The notes under the pieces: model-generated | The model's input: the letters and a program-made list of their open reading frames with translations, nothing else | Database searches by the model: none | Told to the model about the DNA's origin: nothing | Source: Flavobacterium sp. | GTDB taxonomy: Bacteria; Bacteroidota; Bacteroidia; Flavobacteriales; Flavobacteriaceae | Reading direction: 5' to 3' | Length of the DNA: 64,000 nt | NCBI GenBank assembly: GCA_017984495.1 | Contig: JAGNZI010000001.1 | Coordinates: 11,926-75,925 of the forward strand | Translations under genes and position numbers: made by a program | Shown: piece after piece, positions 10,380-20,157 of the stretch | How positions within the stretch are numbered: the first letter of the stretch is position 1 | How the letters are laid out: each line of letters starts with the position of its first letter

Positions 10380-13300
10380 TTGAGTACGTCCGATATTATT
10401 TCTATTTACGATAGCTCTTCAAAAATTGCCTTCGTAGCTGCTTCTTTTGAAGCCCGTCAAAAATCACAAATCAACGGTTTGGTGGGTTCGTCCTTGTCTT
10501 TTGTGATGCATTCGTTGTTTAAAAAATCCGAACTTCCCTTTTTAATTTTATGCAACAATAAAGAAGAAGCCGCGTATTATTTAAATGATTTAGAGCAATT
10601 AATCAATGCCGAAGACGTACTTTTTTACCCAAGTTCGTACCGCAGACCCTACCAAATTGAAGAAACCGATAACGCCAATGTTCTTTTACGTGCTGAGGTT
10701 TTAAACCGAATCAATTCGCGCAAAAAACCAGCCATCATTGTTTCCTATGCTGAAGCTATTTTTGAAAAAGTAGTTACCCGAAAAGAGCTAGAGAAAAACA
10801 CGCTTAAACTGTCCGTCCAAGATCAGTTTTCCATAGATTTTATCAACGAAACGCTTTTTGAATACAACTTCAAACGCGTTGATTTTGTTACTGAACCAGG
10901 CGAATTTTCGGTTCGTGGAGGTATTATTGACGTGTTTTCGTTTTCCAATGATAATCCGTACCGCATCGAATTTTTTGGTAACGAAATCGACAGCATCCGA
11001 AGTTTTGATGTCGAAACCCAATTATCAATTGAAAAATTAAAGAAGATTTCGATTATCCCCAATGTTGAAAATAAATTACTACAAGAAAACCGCGAAAGTT
11101 TCTTGGATTATATCAACGAAAAAACGGTTTTAGTCATTCAGAATACCGAATTATTAGGACAACAATTGGATAAATTATTCGACAAAGCCCATGAAGCTTT
11201 CGAAAAATTATCCAAGGATATTCAACACGCGCCCCCTGAAGAATTGTTTTTAAATCAAAAGCAGTTTTTAAAACGCGCACTTGATTTTTCGGTAATTGAA
11301 TTGCAAACCAACGCTGTTTTCAAAACCGATAAAAAAGCCGAATTTCACATACAACCGCAACCTTCGTTCAATAAACAATTTGATTTGTTATTAAACAATT
11401 TGAGTGAGAATCATTTCAATGGGTATAAAAATTATTTGTGTTGTTCCAATGCCAATCAAGCCAATCGTTTTCATGATATTTTTGAAGACATCGATGCAGA
11501 AAATTCGGAAAGTGTTCGCAAGCAATATAAAACCATGGTATTGCCATTATTTGAAGGTTTTATCGATGAAGAAAATCAAATTGCATGTTATACCGATCAT
11601 CAAATTTTTGAGCGGTACCATAAGTTCTCCATCAAAAATGGTTATTCTAAAAAGCAAACCATAACGTTAAAAGAACTGACTTCCTTGTCGGTGGGCGATT
11701 ATGTCACGCACATCGATCACGGAATTGGAAAATTTGGTGGATTGCAAAAAATTCAGGTCGAAGGCAAAACGCAAGAAGCCATAAAATTGGTCTATGCCGA
11801 TAATGATATTGTGTACGTGAGCATCCATTCGTTGCACAAAATCTCAAAATACAACGGAAAAGACGGAACACCTCCCAAAATATACAAATTAGGCAGTAAC
11901 GCTTGGAAAGCCTTAAAGCAAAAAACAAAAGCACGGGTTAAACACATTGCGTTCAACTTAATTCAGTTGTATGCAAAGCGAAGATTAGACAAAGGGTTTC
12001 AATTTGCTCCCGACAGTTATTTGCAAAAAGAATTGGAAAGTTCGTTCATTTACGAAGATACGCCCGACCAAATTACGGCTACTTTAGACGTTAAAACCGA
12101 CATGGAAAGCGAGCGTCCAATGGACCGATTGGTGTGTGGTGATGTGGGTTTCGGAAAGACAGAAGTAGCTATTCGTGCGGCTTTTAAAGCGGTAGACAAC
12201 GGAAAGCAAGTCGCGGTTTTAGTGCCAACAACTATTTTGGCCTACCAACATTTTAGAACGTTTTCAGAACGATTGAAAGACATGCCGGTTACCGTAAGTT
12301 ATGTAAACCGATTTAGAACCGCGAAACAAAAAGCCGATACGCTTCAAAAATTGCAAGAAGGAAAAGTCGATATTTTAATTGGAACCCATCAATTGGTGAA
12401 TAAAAATGTGGTGTTTAAAGATTTAGGTTTGTTGATTATCGACGAAGAGCAAAAGTTCGGCGTCAACGTAAAAGACAAATTGAAAACCATTGCCACGAAT
12501 GTTGATACCTTGACGTTAACTGCCACGCCGATTCCGAGAACCTTGCAGTTTTCATTGATGGCAGCACGAGATTTATCGGTAATTACAACCCCTCCGCCCA
12601 ATCGATATCCCATTGAAACACATGTGATTCGTTTTAACGAGGAAGCCATTCGTGATGCGATTTCCTATGAAATTCAACGTGGTGGTCAAGTGTTTTTTAT
12701 CAATAATCGAATCGAAAACATCAAAGAAGTAGCCGGTATGATTCAGCGCTTGGTGCCCGGAGCAAAAGTCGGCATCGGTCACGGACAAATGGAGGGCAAA
12801 AAACTCGAAGAATTGATGTTGGCGTTCATGGAAGGCGAATTTGACGTTTTGGTGGCAACCACCATTATTGAAAGCGGTTTGGATGTGCCCAATGCGAATA
12901 CGATTTTTATCAACAACGCCAATAATTTCGGCTTGTCTGATTTGCACCAAATGCGCGGTCGTGTGGGAAGAAGTAATAAAAAAGCGTTTTGTTATTTCAT
13001 TACACCACCCTATTCGATGATGACGGGTGAAGCGCAAAAACGTATTACGGCTTTGGAGCAATTTAGTGAATTAGGAAGCGGTTTCAACATCGCGATGAAG
13101 GATTTGGAAATTCGTGGTGCGGGCGATTTATTAGGTGGCGAACAAAGTGGTTTTATCAACGAAATTGGTTTTGATACGTACCAAAAAATCATGAACGAAG
13201 CCATTGACGAGTTGAAAGAAAACGAATTCAAAGATTTGTACCAAGAAGAAAATGACATCGAAACCAAAGAGTTTGTCAAAGACATTCAAATTGACACCGA

Positions 13301-13733
13301 TTTTGAATTGCTGTTCCCAGACGAATACATCAATAACATTACCGAACGTTTAAATTTATACAACGAGTTGAGCCAAATTAAAGACGAAGCTGCGTTACAA
13401 CAATTTGAACAAAAACTAATTGACCGCTTTGGTGCCATACCAAAACCTGCCATTGCTTTACTCAATAGCGTGCGCATCAAATGGAAAGCCACCGCCATGG
13501 GAATTGAACGTTTGCTCATGAAACAAGGTAAAATGGTGGGTTATTTCATTGGCGACCAACAAAGTAATTTCTACCAAAGTAACCGTTTTATGAACGTACT
13601 ACAATTTGCCCAACGCAACGCTACCGTTTGTAAAATGAAAGAAAAAGAAACCAAAAACGGTTTACGTTTATTACTGACTTTTGATAATGTGAAAAGTGTA
13701 AATAAGGCGTTGGAGTTGTTGGAGGGGATTTAG
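10380..13733 (+). CDS. mfd: transcription-repair coupling factor
   Basis: UvrB-like N-terminus, HIDHGIG (CarD/RID), GDVGFGKT, DEEQ, TATPIPRT, QMRGRVGR; TTG start. Confidence 0.97.
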   Translation: MSTSDIISIYDSSSKIAFVAASFEARQKSQINGLVGSSLSFVMHSLFKKSELPFLILCNNKEEAAYYLNDLEQLINAEDVLFYPSSYRRPYQIEETDNANVLLRAEVLNRINSRKKPAIIVSYAEAIFEKVVTRKELEKNTLKLSVQDQFSIDFINETLFEYNFKRVDFVTEPGEFSVRGGIIDVFSFSNDNPYRIEFFGNEIDSIRSFDVETQLSIEKLKKISIIPNVENKLLQENRESFLDYINEKTVLVIQNTELLGQQLDKLFDKAHEAFEKLSKDIQHAPPEELFLNQKQFLKRALDFSVIELQTNAVFKTDKKAEFHIQPQPSFNKQFDLLLNNLSENHFNGYKNYLCCSNANQANRFHDIFEDIDAENSESVRKQYKTMVLPLFEGFIDEENQIACYTDHQIFERYHKFSIKNGYSKKQTITLKELTSLSVGDYVTHIDHGIGKFGGLQKIQVEGKTQEAIKLVYADNDIVYVSIHSLHKISKYNGKDGTPPKIYKLGSNAWKALKQKTKARVKHIAFNLIQLYAKRRLDKGFQFAPDSYLQKELESSFIYEDTPDQITATLDVKTDMESERPMDRLVCGDVGFGKTEVAIRAAFKAVDNGKQVAVLVPTTILAYQHFRTFSERLKDMPVTVSYVNRFRTAKQKADTLQKLQEGKVDILIGTHQLVNKNVVFKDLGLLIIDEEQKFGVNVKDKLKTIATNVDTLTLTATPIPRTLQFSLMAARDLSVITTPPPNRYPIETHVIRFNEEAIRDAISYEIQRGGQVFFINNRIENIKEVAGMIQRLVPGAKVGIGHGQMEGKKLEELMLAFMEGEFDVLVATTIIESGLDVPNANTIFINNANNFGLSDLHQMRGRVGRSNKKAFCYFITPPYSMMTGEAQKRITALEQFSELGSGFNIAMKDLEIRGAGDLLGGEQSGFINEIGFDTYQKIMNEAIDELKENEFKDLYQEENDIETKEFVKDIQIDTDFELLFPDEYINNITERLNLYNELSQIKDEAALQQFEQKLIDRFGAIPKPAIALLNSVRIKWKATAMGIERLLMKQGKMVGYFIGDQQSNFYQSNRFMNVLQFAQRNATVCKMKEKETKNGLRLLLTFDNVKSVNKALELLEGI

Positions 13734-13781
13734 AATTACTTTCGAGAAATAAAACCAGACCACTAGGATATCTTACCAAAG

Positions 13782-13809
13782 CGATAGCGCGGAATTGCAT
13801 TCCGTGCCC
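13782..13809 (+). repeat. REP, class A (CGATAGCGCGGAATTGCATTCCGTGCCC)
   Basis: Identical 28-mer at 15596-15623 and, as reverse complement, at 16334-16361; hairpin GCGCGGAAT-TGC-ATTCCGTGC. Confidence 0.9.
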
Positions 13810-13827
13810 GACTACTTAGATTCCTTT

Positions 13828-13865
13828 CGGTAGCGTTACCTCGTTATACACCGTGCAAAGTGAAT
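13828..13865 (+). repeat. possible degenerate class B REP with tail
   Basis: CGGTAGCG..TTATA..CCGTGC followed by AAAGTGAAT, resembling class B REP plus the CAAAGTAAAT tail at 15625 and 15701. Confidence 0.4.
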
Positions 13866-13974
13866 GGACAAATTAATCTGAGTTAATAGGTCTTATAAGG
13901 ATAAACAAGTGTTAAATACTTAATAATCAGATTATTATTAATTTATTGTTATATATTTATTTAAATTTTTTTAA

Positions 13975-15537
13975 ATGGATGTAAATAGTAAACCGGTAAA
14001 ATCTGACAACTATCTAATTGATGGTCAAATTCACACTTGGAACGGGGAATTCAATAAGGTATATTCTACCATATCACTTACAGATAAATACCAACCCACT
14101 TTTTTAGGCGAAGTCCCTAATTTAACCGAAAAAGAAGGATTAGCGGCTGTACATGCCGCTACAAACGCCTATGATAACGGTCAAGGAATTTGGCCTACAA
14201 TGAAGGTAAGTGATCGAATTAAATGCGTTGAAAACTTTGTAAACCAAATGAAACAGACACGTTCTGAGGTGGTTAATTTTTTAATGTGGGAAATTGGAAA
14301 AACGCTACCTGATAGTGAAAAGGAATTTGATCGTACTATTGAATACATACTTGAAACGATTAAAAGTTATAAAGAATTAAACGCAAGAAATGCACATTTT
14401 TCTAATGTTCAAGGGGTTAATGCCATGATTAGAAGAAGTCCTTTGGGTGTGGTTTTGTGTCTAGGGCCTTATAATTATCCTTTAAACGAAACCTTTACGT
14501 TGTTAATACCAGCGTTGATTATGGGCAATACCGTGGTCTTCAAGCCTGCAAAATTAGGAGTTTTACTTCATGGACCACTTTTAGAAGCTTTCAATTGTTC
14601 CTTTCCAAAAGGAGTGATTAATATAGTCTTTGGACGGGGTAGAGAATTAGCAACTCCTATAATGAAATCAGGATTAGTAAGTGTATTATCCTTAATTGGA
14701 AATAGTAAAGCCGCAGTTGCTCTTCAAGATTTGCATCCCTATAAAAACAGATTGCGATTAATTCTTGGATTAGAAGCTAAAAATCCAGCAATTATTTTAA
14801 GTGATGCCAACATGGACTTAACGGTTTCTGAATGTATAATGGGAAGTTTATCCTTTAACGGACAGCGGTGTACTGCTTTAAAATTAATTTATGTACACGA
14901 AGATGTTACCCAAGAATTTTTAGAAAAATTTTCAAACAAAGTAGATGAATTAGTTTTTGGAAATCCCTGGGAAAAAGATGTTTTTTTAACGCCACTTCCA
15001 GAAAAAGACAAACCTCAATACATCAAAGAGCTAATAGATGATGCGCTTCAAAAAGGTGCTAAAATAATCAATAAGAAAGGAGGTATAATTTCGGATAATT
15101 ACATTTATCCCGCCGTTTTATATCCTGTTGATGCTACTATGCGAATTTTTCATGAGGAACAATTTGGACCAGTGGTTCCAGTGATTTCATTTAACGATAT
15201 TGAGGTCCCTTTACAGGATATGTCGCAATCAAATTACGGCCAACAAGTTAGTTTGTTTGGAAAAAACAGCACCGTAATTGCCCCGCTAATTGATTCATTA
15301 ATCAATTTAGTTTGCCGCGTTAATTTGAATAGTGCTTGCCAGAGAGGACCAGATGTTTTTCCATTTACAGGTAGAAAAGATTCTGCTGTTGGCACCTTAA
15401 GTATACATGATGCACTGCGCTCATTCTCGATACGTACTTTTGTGGCCTCTAAAGACAATTCTTATAACAACGAAATTTTACAAGAATTGTTGGACAGTAA
15501 AAAGTGTAATTTTATTAATACGGATTATATTTTATAA
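13975..15537 (+). CDS. gapN: non-phosphorylating NADP-dependent glyceraldehyde-3-phosphate dehydrogenase (GapN-like ALDH)
   Basis: [49 protein letters not shown]. Confidence 0.75.
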   Translation: MDVNSKPVKSDNYLIDGQIHTWNGEFNKVYSTISLTDKYQPTFLGEVPNLTEKEGLAAVHAATNAYDNGQGIWPTMKVSDRIKCVENFVNQMKQTRSEVVNFLMWEIGKTLPDSEKEFDRTIEYILETIKSYKELNARNAHFSNVQGVNAMIRRSPLGVVLCLGPYNYPLNETFTLLIPALIMGNTVVFKPAKLGVLLHGPLLEAFNCSFPKGVINIVFGRGRELATPIMKSGLVSVLSLIGNSKAAVALQDLHPYKNRLRLILGLEAKNPAIILSDANMDLTVSECIMGSLSFNGQRCTALKLIYVHEDVTQEFLEKFSNKVDELVFGNPWEKDVFLTPLPEKDKPQYIKELIDDALQKGAKIINKKGGIISDNYIYPAVLYPVDATMRIFHEEQFGPVVPVISFNDIEVPLQDMSQSNYGQQVSLFGKNSTVIAPLIDSLINLVCRVNLNSACQRGPDVFPFTGRKDSAVGTLSIHDALRSFSIRTFVASKDNSYNNEILQELLDSKKCNFINTDYIL

Positions 15538-15595
15538 AGAAATATAATTTTTTTTACGGAATTATTGCTTTCAAAACTAACTTGAAACTATTCAA

Positions 15596-15718
15596 CGATA
15601 GCGCGGAATTGCATTCCGTGCCCACAAAGTAAATAAAAAACATCCCCGACCGCGCGGATATCTCGCCACAACGACCGCGCGGATTTATAATCCGTGCCCG
15701 CAAAGTAAATAAAAACAA
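15596..15718 (+). repeat. REP cluster left of RAYT: class A (15596-15623), truncated class B (15647-15660), class B (15672-15699)
   Basis: Both full units are followed by CAAAGTAAATAAAAA; the class B stem-loop is GCGCGGATT-TAT-AATCCGTGC, with variant head CGACCG. Confidence 0.9.
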
Positions 15719-15743
15719 CAACATTGTAATTGACAAAGTTTTT

Positions 15744-15751
15744 TATATTTG
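15744..15751 (+). promoter_or_regulatory. Bacteroidetes -7 element (TATATTTG) upstream of RAYT
   Basis: Exact TAnnTTTG ending 17 nt before the ATG at 15769. Confidence 0.55.
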
Positions 15752-15768
15752 AATATAAATTACACGCC

Positions 15769-16323
15769 ATGTCAACAAAATATAAAGCCACCACAACTGA
15801 AGACGCTTACTTTATTACCATAACAACTGTAGGTTGGGTCGATGTTTTTACACGATTAAGTCAAAAATATATCATCACTGATTCTCTAAGCCATTGCCAG
15901 CAAAACAAAGGACTAGAAATTTATGCGTATTGCATTATGAGTAGTCATGTTCATTTATTTTGCAAAGCCACATATGGTTTTATTTTGTCGGATGTAATAA
16001 GAGATTTTAAAAAATTTACTTCTAAAAAAATTATTCAAGCCATCATCGATGAACCAGAAAGTCGAAGAGAATGGTTGTTAGCGTATTTTCAAAAAGCTTG
16101 TGAACATTTAAAACGAGAACAACAATATAAAGTTTGGCAAGATGGGTATCATGCAGAACATATTTATAGCAATTCCTTTATAAAACAAAAGATCGAATAC
16201 ATTCATAATAATCCTGTAAAAGACAAAATTGTTACATTGCCTGAAGATTATTATTTTAGCTCAGCCAGAAATTATGCTGGTTTAGAAAATGACTTGGAAA
16301 TTGTTTTGTTAGATTTGTTTTGA
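15769..16323 (+). CDS. REP-associated tyrosine transposase (RAYT, Y1 HUH / IS200-like)
   Basis: YFITIT, AYCIMSSHVHL (HUH), RDFKKFTS, VWQDGYH, YIHNNPV (catalytic Tyr), FSSA; flanked by inverted REPs; no tnpB. Confidence 0.92.
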   Translation: MSTKYKATTTEDAYFITITTVGWVDVFTRLSQKYIITDSLSHCQQNKGLEIYAYCIMSSHVHLFCKATYGFILSDVIRDFKKFTSKKIIQAIIDEPESRREWLLAYFQKACEHLKREQQYKVWQDGYHAEHIYSNSFIKQKIEYIHNNPVKDKIVTLPEDYYFSSARNYAGLENDLEIVLLDLF

Positions 16324-16333
16324 AGTGGATTGT

Positions 16334-16429
16334 GGGCACGGAATGCAATTCCGCGCTATCGTCTTGTAATGATAAAGTGAATTTGTTTTCAAGTATATTG
16401 TGGGTACGTATTATAAATCCGCGCTATCG
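16334..16429 (-). repeat. REP cluster right of RAYT: class A (16334-16361) and class B (16402-16429), both inverted
   Basis: Reverse complements read CGATAGCGCGGAATTGCATTCCGTGCCC-ACAA and CGATAGCGCGGATTTATAATACGTACCC-ACAA. Confidence 0.9.
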
Positions 16430-16464
16430 ACTATGGTGTGTAAATTTAACTTTGAATATTATAA

Positions 16465-17826
16465 CTACCCAAACAACTCGCTCACCACATCTTCTATCTT
16501 TGCTACTAAAACAATTTTAATTCCGGTGTTTTTCAAGGATATTTTATTGTGTTTGGAAACAAAAATGGTCGTAAATCCTAATTTTTCGGCTTCTTGAATG
16601 CGTTGTTCAATGCGGTTAACCGGTCTAATTTCGCCTGAAAGTCCGACTTCGCCAGCAAAGCAAAAACCTTCGGCAATTGCAATGTCTTCGTTTGAGGATA
16701 AAATAGCAGCCACAACAGCTAAATCAATGGCGGTGTCTTCTACAGAGATTCCTCCGGTTACGTTTAAGAACACGTCTTTTGTTCCTAATCGAAAACCTGC
16801 ACGTTTTTCTAAAACCGCTAAAATCATGTTTAGTCGTTTGGCGTTATACCCCGTGGTGCTGCGTTGCGGTGTTCCATAAACTGCCGTGCTTACCAAAGCT
16901 TGAATTTCAATCATCAACGGACGCATGCCTTCTAAAGTAGTGGCAATGGCTGTTCCTGAAAGTTGTTCGTCTTTGTGCGAAATCAAAATTTCGGAAGGAT
17001 TGTCGACTTCGCGCAAACCTGAACCTTGCATTTCGTAGATGCCTAATTCGGCAGTAGAACCAAAACGATTTTTCAACGAACGTAAAATTCTATATACGTG
17101 GTTTCGATCGCCTTCAAATTGTAAAACGGTATCGACCATGTGTTCCAAAATTTTGGGTCCGGCGATGGTGCCGTCTTTGGTAATGTGTCCGATTAATAAA
17201 ACCGGCACATTGGATTCTTTGGCATATTTAATCAACTCCGCCGTGCATTCTCTAATTTGAGAAATACTTCCCGCAGACGATTCAATATAATCGGTATGTA
17301 AGGTTTGGATCGAATCGATAATGACAATATCGGGTTCGATTTCCAATATTTGACGAAAGATATTTTGGGTTTTGGTTTCGGTTAAAATGTAGCAAGTATC
17401 GCCTGTTGAGGTAATGCGTTCGGCACGCATTTTAATTTGCTTTTGACTTTCTTCTCCCGAAACATATAGTGTTTTATATGGTAATTTTAATGCAATTTGT
17501 AAGAGCAACGTACTTTTTCCAATGCCTGGTTCGCCACCTAACAACGTTAAGGAACCCGGAACCAAACCGCCACCTAAAACCCGATTCAATTCGTTATCTG
17601 TGGTGTTCATTCGGATTTCTTGAGCCGTATCAATTTCTTTGATGAGTAAAGGTTTGGTAGCCGCTTTTGAAGAAGCAGAAGTGGTTTTCCAAGCTACTTT
17701 TTCTTCTTTTTGGACCAATTCTTCAACGATGGTATTCCATGCTTTACAAGCATTACATTGTCCTTGCCATTTGGAATATTGGTTGCCACAATTTTGGCAG
17801 AAAAAAGCGGTTTTTACTTTGCTCAT
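16465..17826 (-). CDS. radA: DNA repair protein RadA/Sms
   Basis: CQNCG...WQGQCNAC zinc finger, GEPGIGKST, KNRFG, Lon-like C-terminus. Confidence 0.97.
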   Translation of the reverse strand: MSKVKTAFFCQNCGNQYSKWQGQCNACKAWNTIVEELVQKEEKVAWKTTSASSKAATKPLLIKEIDTAQEIRMNTTDNELNRVLGGGLVPGSLTLLGGEPGIGKSTLLLQIALKLPYKTLYVSGEESQKQIKMRAERITSTGDTCYILTETKTQNIFRQILEIEPDIVIIDSIQTLHTDYIESSAGSISQIRECTAELIKYAKESNVPVLLIGHITKDGTIAGPKILEHMVDTVLQFEGDRNHVYRILRSLKNRFGSTAELGIYEMQGSGLREVDNPSEILISHKDEQLSGTAIATTLEGMRPLMIEIQALVSTAVYGTPQRSTTGYNAKRLNMILAVLEKRAGFRLGTKDVFLNVTGGISVEDTAIDLAVVAAILSSNEDIAIAEGFCFAGEVGLSGEIRPVNRIEQRIQEAEKLGFTTIFVSKHNKISLKNTGIKIVLVAKIEDVVSELFG

Positions 17827-17873
17827 GGGATATTTTGTAGCGACTAATTTAGTTTAGGCAGCAATTTACTAAT

Positions 17874-18836
17874 TTATTTTTTATTGAGTACGGGTAAAAG
17901 TAAATAAGATAAAAGCCCTAACAGGATGGTTAAAAGCGTTTGTGAGGTCCAAATTAACCAGCCAAAAGCTACACCAATTTCATTTGAAGTGCCATACAGC
18001 GAGAAAATCATGGCTATGGCCAAGGGATAGGCACCCAAACCACCGTTGGTAAACCCCACTGCTAAGGTACCAAAAATGAATCCCATAAGTACTACATCAA
18101 AGCTCATGTTGGCTGTTTCAGGGAGCGCAAAAATAGTCACATAAAACATGATTAAATAGGAAAACCAGATTAAAAACGAATGAAAAAGATAGCGCCATTT
18201 ATCTTTCATTTTTACGATACTCAACATCCCCTCTAACAACCCCGATAATTTTTGTTTCAGTTTTAGAATGATTTTCCATTCGGCATAAATCCATACCAAA
18301 ATAAAAACTACAAAAAGCATTAATCCGGCAAATGATAACCACAAAAGTGTTTCAAATTTTAGGTTTTTTTCCAGCAAGAAAGCATACATAGTATCAAATT
18401 GTGACACCAATCCGACAGCGATAAACAGTAAAAAAATCAATAAGTCGACCATTCGTTCGGCTACTACAGTACCGAAGGCCTTGTCGAAGGGTACTTTTTC
18501 ATATTTTTTTAGTAAGGCCGCTCTGGTAATTTCCCCCGATCTCGGAAGCGTTAAATTGACCAAATAGGATACGCAAACTGTCATGAAATCGTTGTGAAAT
18601 TTTGTTTGATAGCCCAGGTGTTGTAGGGCAAATTTCCAGCGGTAAGCTCTGGACCAATACCCCAGAAGTGATACCATGAGCGATAGGTAAATGTAAAAAT
18701 AATCGGCTTTTAAAAAGCTCAATTTTATGTTGTTGAGTTCATTAGGGGTAAGCGTTGTAAATTGATAATAAATGATTCCAATTCCAATGATTAGTGGAAC
18801 GATTAAGCTAAAAAATTTACGTAGTAACGCTTTCAA
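17874..18836 (-). CDS. lysylphosphatidylglycerol synthase TM / flippase-like domain protein
   Basis: RAYRW, NLTLPRSGE.R, GTVVAER..D, GGLGAY; multiple TM segments; TTG start. Confidence 0.8.
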   Translation of the reverse strand: MKALLRKFFSLIVPLIIGIGIIYYQFTTLTPNELNNIKLSFLKADYFYIYLSLMVSLLGYWSRAYRWKFALQHLGYQTKFHNDFMTVCVSYLVNLTLPRSGEITRAALLKKYEKVPFDKAFGTVVAERMVDLLIFLLFIAVGLVSQFDTMYAFLLEKNLKFETLLWLSFAGLMLFVVFILVWIYAEWKIILKLKQKLSGLLEGMLSIVKMKDKWRYLFHSFLIWFSYLIMFYVTIFALPETANMSFDVVLMGFIFGTLAVGFTNGGLGAYPLAIAMIFSLYGTSNEIGVAFGWLIWTSQTLLTILLGLLSYLLLPVLNKK

Positions 18837-18837
18837 A

Positions 18838-19188
18838 TTAGGTCAACGAGTTGTCTTTTTCGTTTGGAAAAACGAGGGTAGGTTTAAAACTTTTTGCAGC
18901 TTCAAAGTCCAGGATGCCGTAGGAAATAATAATGACAATATCGCCACGGTGTACTTTTCGGGCGGCCGGACCGTTTAAGGTAATTTCACCTGAATTTCTA
19001 GGCCCTTTGATGGCATAGGTTTCGAGGCGTTCGCCATTATTAATGTTCACGATTTGTACTTTTTCACCTTCAATGATGTTTGAAGCTTCCATTAGCGCCT
19101 CGTCTATGGTGATGCTTCCTATATAATTCAAATCGGCACCGGTAACCGTTACTCTATGAATTTTCGATTTTACTACTTGAATTTGCAT
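18838..19188 (-). CDS. panD: aspartate 1-decarboxylase
   Basis: [14 protein letters not shown] (G-S self-cleavage site), [14 protein letters not shown]. Confidence 0.97.
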   Translation of the reverse strand: MQIQVVKSKIHRVTVTGADLNYIGSITIDEALMEASNIIEGEKVQIVNINNGERLETYAIKGPRNSGEITLNGPAARKVHRGDIVIIISYGILDFEAAKSFKPTLVFPNEKDNSLT

Positions 19189-19201
19189 GGGGCAAAGGTA
19201 A

Positions 19202-20050
19202 TTAATTTAGTGAAATATTATCAATTAATCGAATTTTCTCAATGAAAACAGCAATAAAACCTCGGTATTTTTGATTAGAAACTTTATTATCAACCGATAA
19301 GAGTGTGGCTTCGTCTGCAATTTCAAAATATTCCAATTCAAATTCGGGATGTTTTTCAAATTCGGTCTTTACAAAAGCAATCGTATCTGCAATCGATTTT
19401 TGGTTAAAAGTTGTTTTCGCTTGTTGTAAAATTTCGAATAGGATTGCCGCTTTATTTCGTGCCGTATCAGAAAGACGTTCGTTTCTTGAACTCATCGCCA
19501 GACCGCTTTTTTCACGGTAGATCGGACAACCTATTATGTGAACAGGAAGAGCATGTTTTTCAACTAATTTTTTTACAATTTGCAGTTGTTGAAAGTCTTT
19601 TTCTCCAAAATAGGCCGTTGTAGGTTTTACAATTTCAAACAAGCGTTTTACGATGGTGCCTACCCCGTCAAAATGACCTGGGCGGTGTTGGCCTTCCATT
19701 TGGTGTTCCAAGCCGTCATATTCAAAAGATTCTGAAACGGTGTTACCTTCATAAATATCCGCAATTTCTGGAGCATATACCAAAATAGAATGGCTCAGCT
19801 GACTAAGTTTTTGGAGGTCTTCTTCGAGTGTTCGCGGGTATTTATCAAGATCCTCAGCACTGTTAAATTGCGTAGGATTTACAAAAATACTCATGACGGT
19901 AATGTCGTTTTCAGCCAGTGATTTTTCGATCAGAGACAAATGCCCTTGATGCAATGCACCCATAGTAGGGACAAAACCAACCGACTTATGAAGGTCGATG
20001 AATGGGCTTAAAAAAGCACTTAATTCTGACTTTTTATTAAAAATGAGCAT
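19202..20050 (-). CDS. panC: pantoate--beta-alanine ligase
   Basis: [41 protein letters not shown]. Confidence 0.97.
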   Translation of the reverse strand: MLIFNKKSELSAFLSPFIDLHKSVGFVPTMGALHQGHLSLIEKSLAENDITVMSIFVNPTQFNSAEDLDKYPRTLEEDLQKLSQLSHSILVYAPEIADIYEGNTVSESFEYDGLEHQMEGQHRPGHFDGVGTIVKRLFEIVKPTTAYFGEKDFQQLQIVKKLVEKHALPVHIIGCPIYREKSGLAMSSRNERLSDTARNKAAILFEILQQAKTTFNQKSIADTIAFVKTEFEKHPEFELEYFEIADEATLLSVDNKVSNQKYRGFIAVFIEKIRLIDNISLN

Positions 20051-20157
20051 TTTAATTCGGGTTAATTCTGATGCAAACTTACTATTTTAGTGGATAAATC
20101 CATAAAATTTTGTAATTTTGCAAGGTTTTTTAAAACAATAATTAACAAGAATACATT

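Larger units (their letters stand above)
15596..16429. mobile_element. REPtron (RAYT gene between inward-facing REP clusters); may extend left to 13782
   Basis: HUH transposase bracketed by REPs in inverted orientation. Confidence 0.8.

Noticed and set aside
13768-13779. ATATCTTACCAA also occurs at 62726-62737
   Set aside because: A single AT-rich 12-mer match in 64 kb is plausible by chance, and the two sites share no context.
15596-15718. Repeats of about 28 bp with intervening sequence, superficially CRISPR-like
   Set aside because: Spacing is irregular, the intervening sequences are themselves repeated, copies occur in both orientations, there are no cas genes, and the neighbour is a HUH transposase. 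These are REPs.
15769-16323. Ordinary IS200/IS605 insertion sequence
   Set aside because: There is no tnpB, and multiple inward-facing REP hairpins plus the WQ..YH and YIHNNP motifs fit RAYT better.
15554-16597. Short ORFs around the RAYT that share peptides such as VGTECNSALS
   Set aside because: They are translations of the REP copies, with no independent coding evidence.
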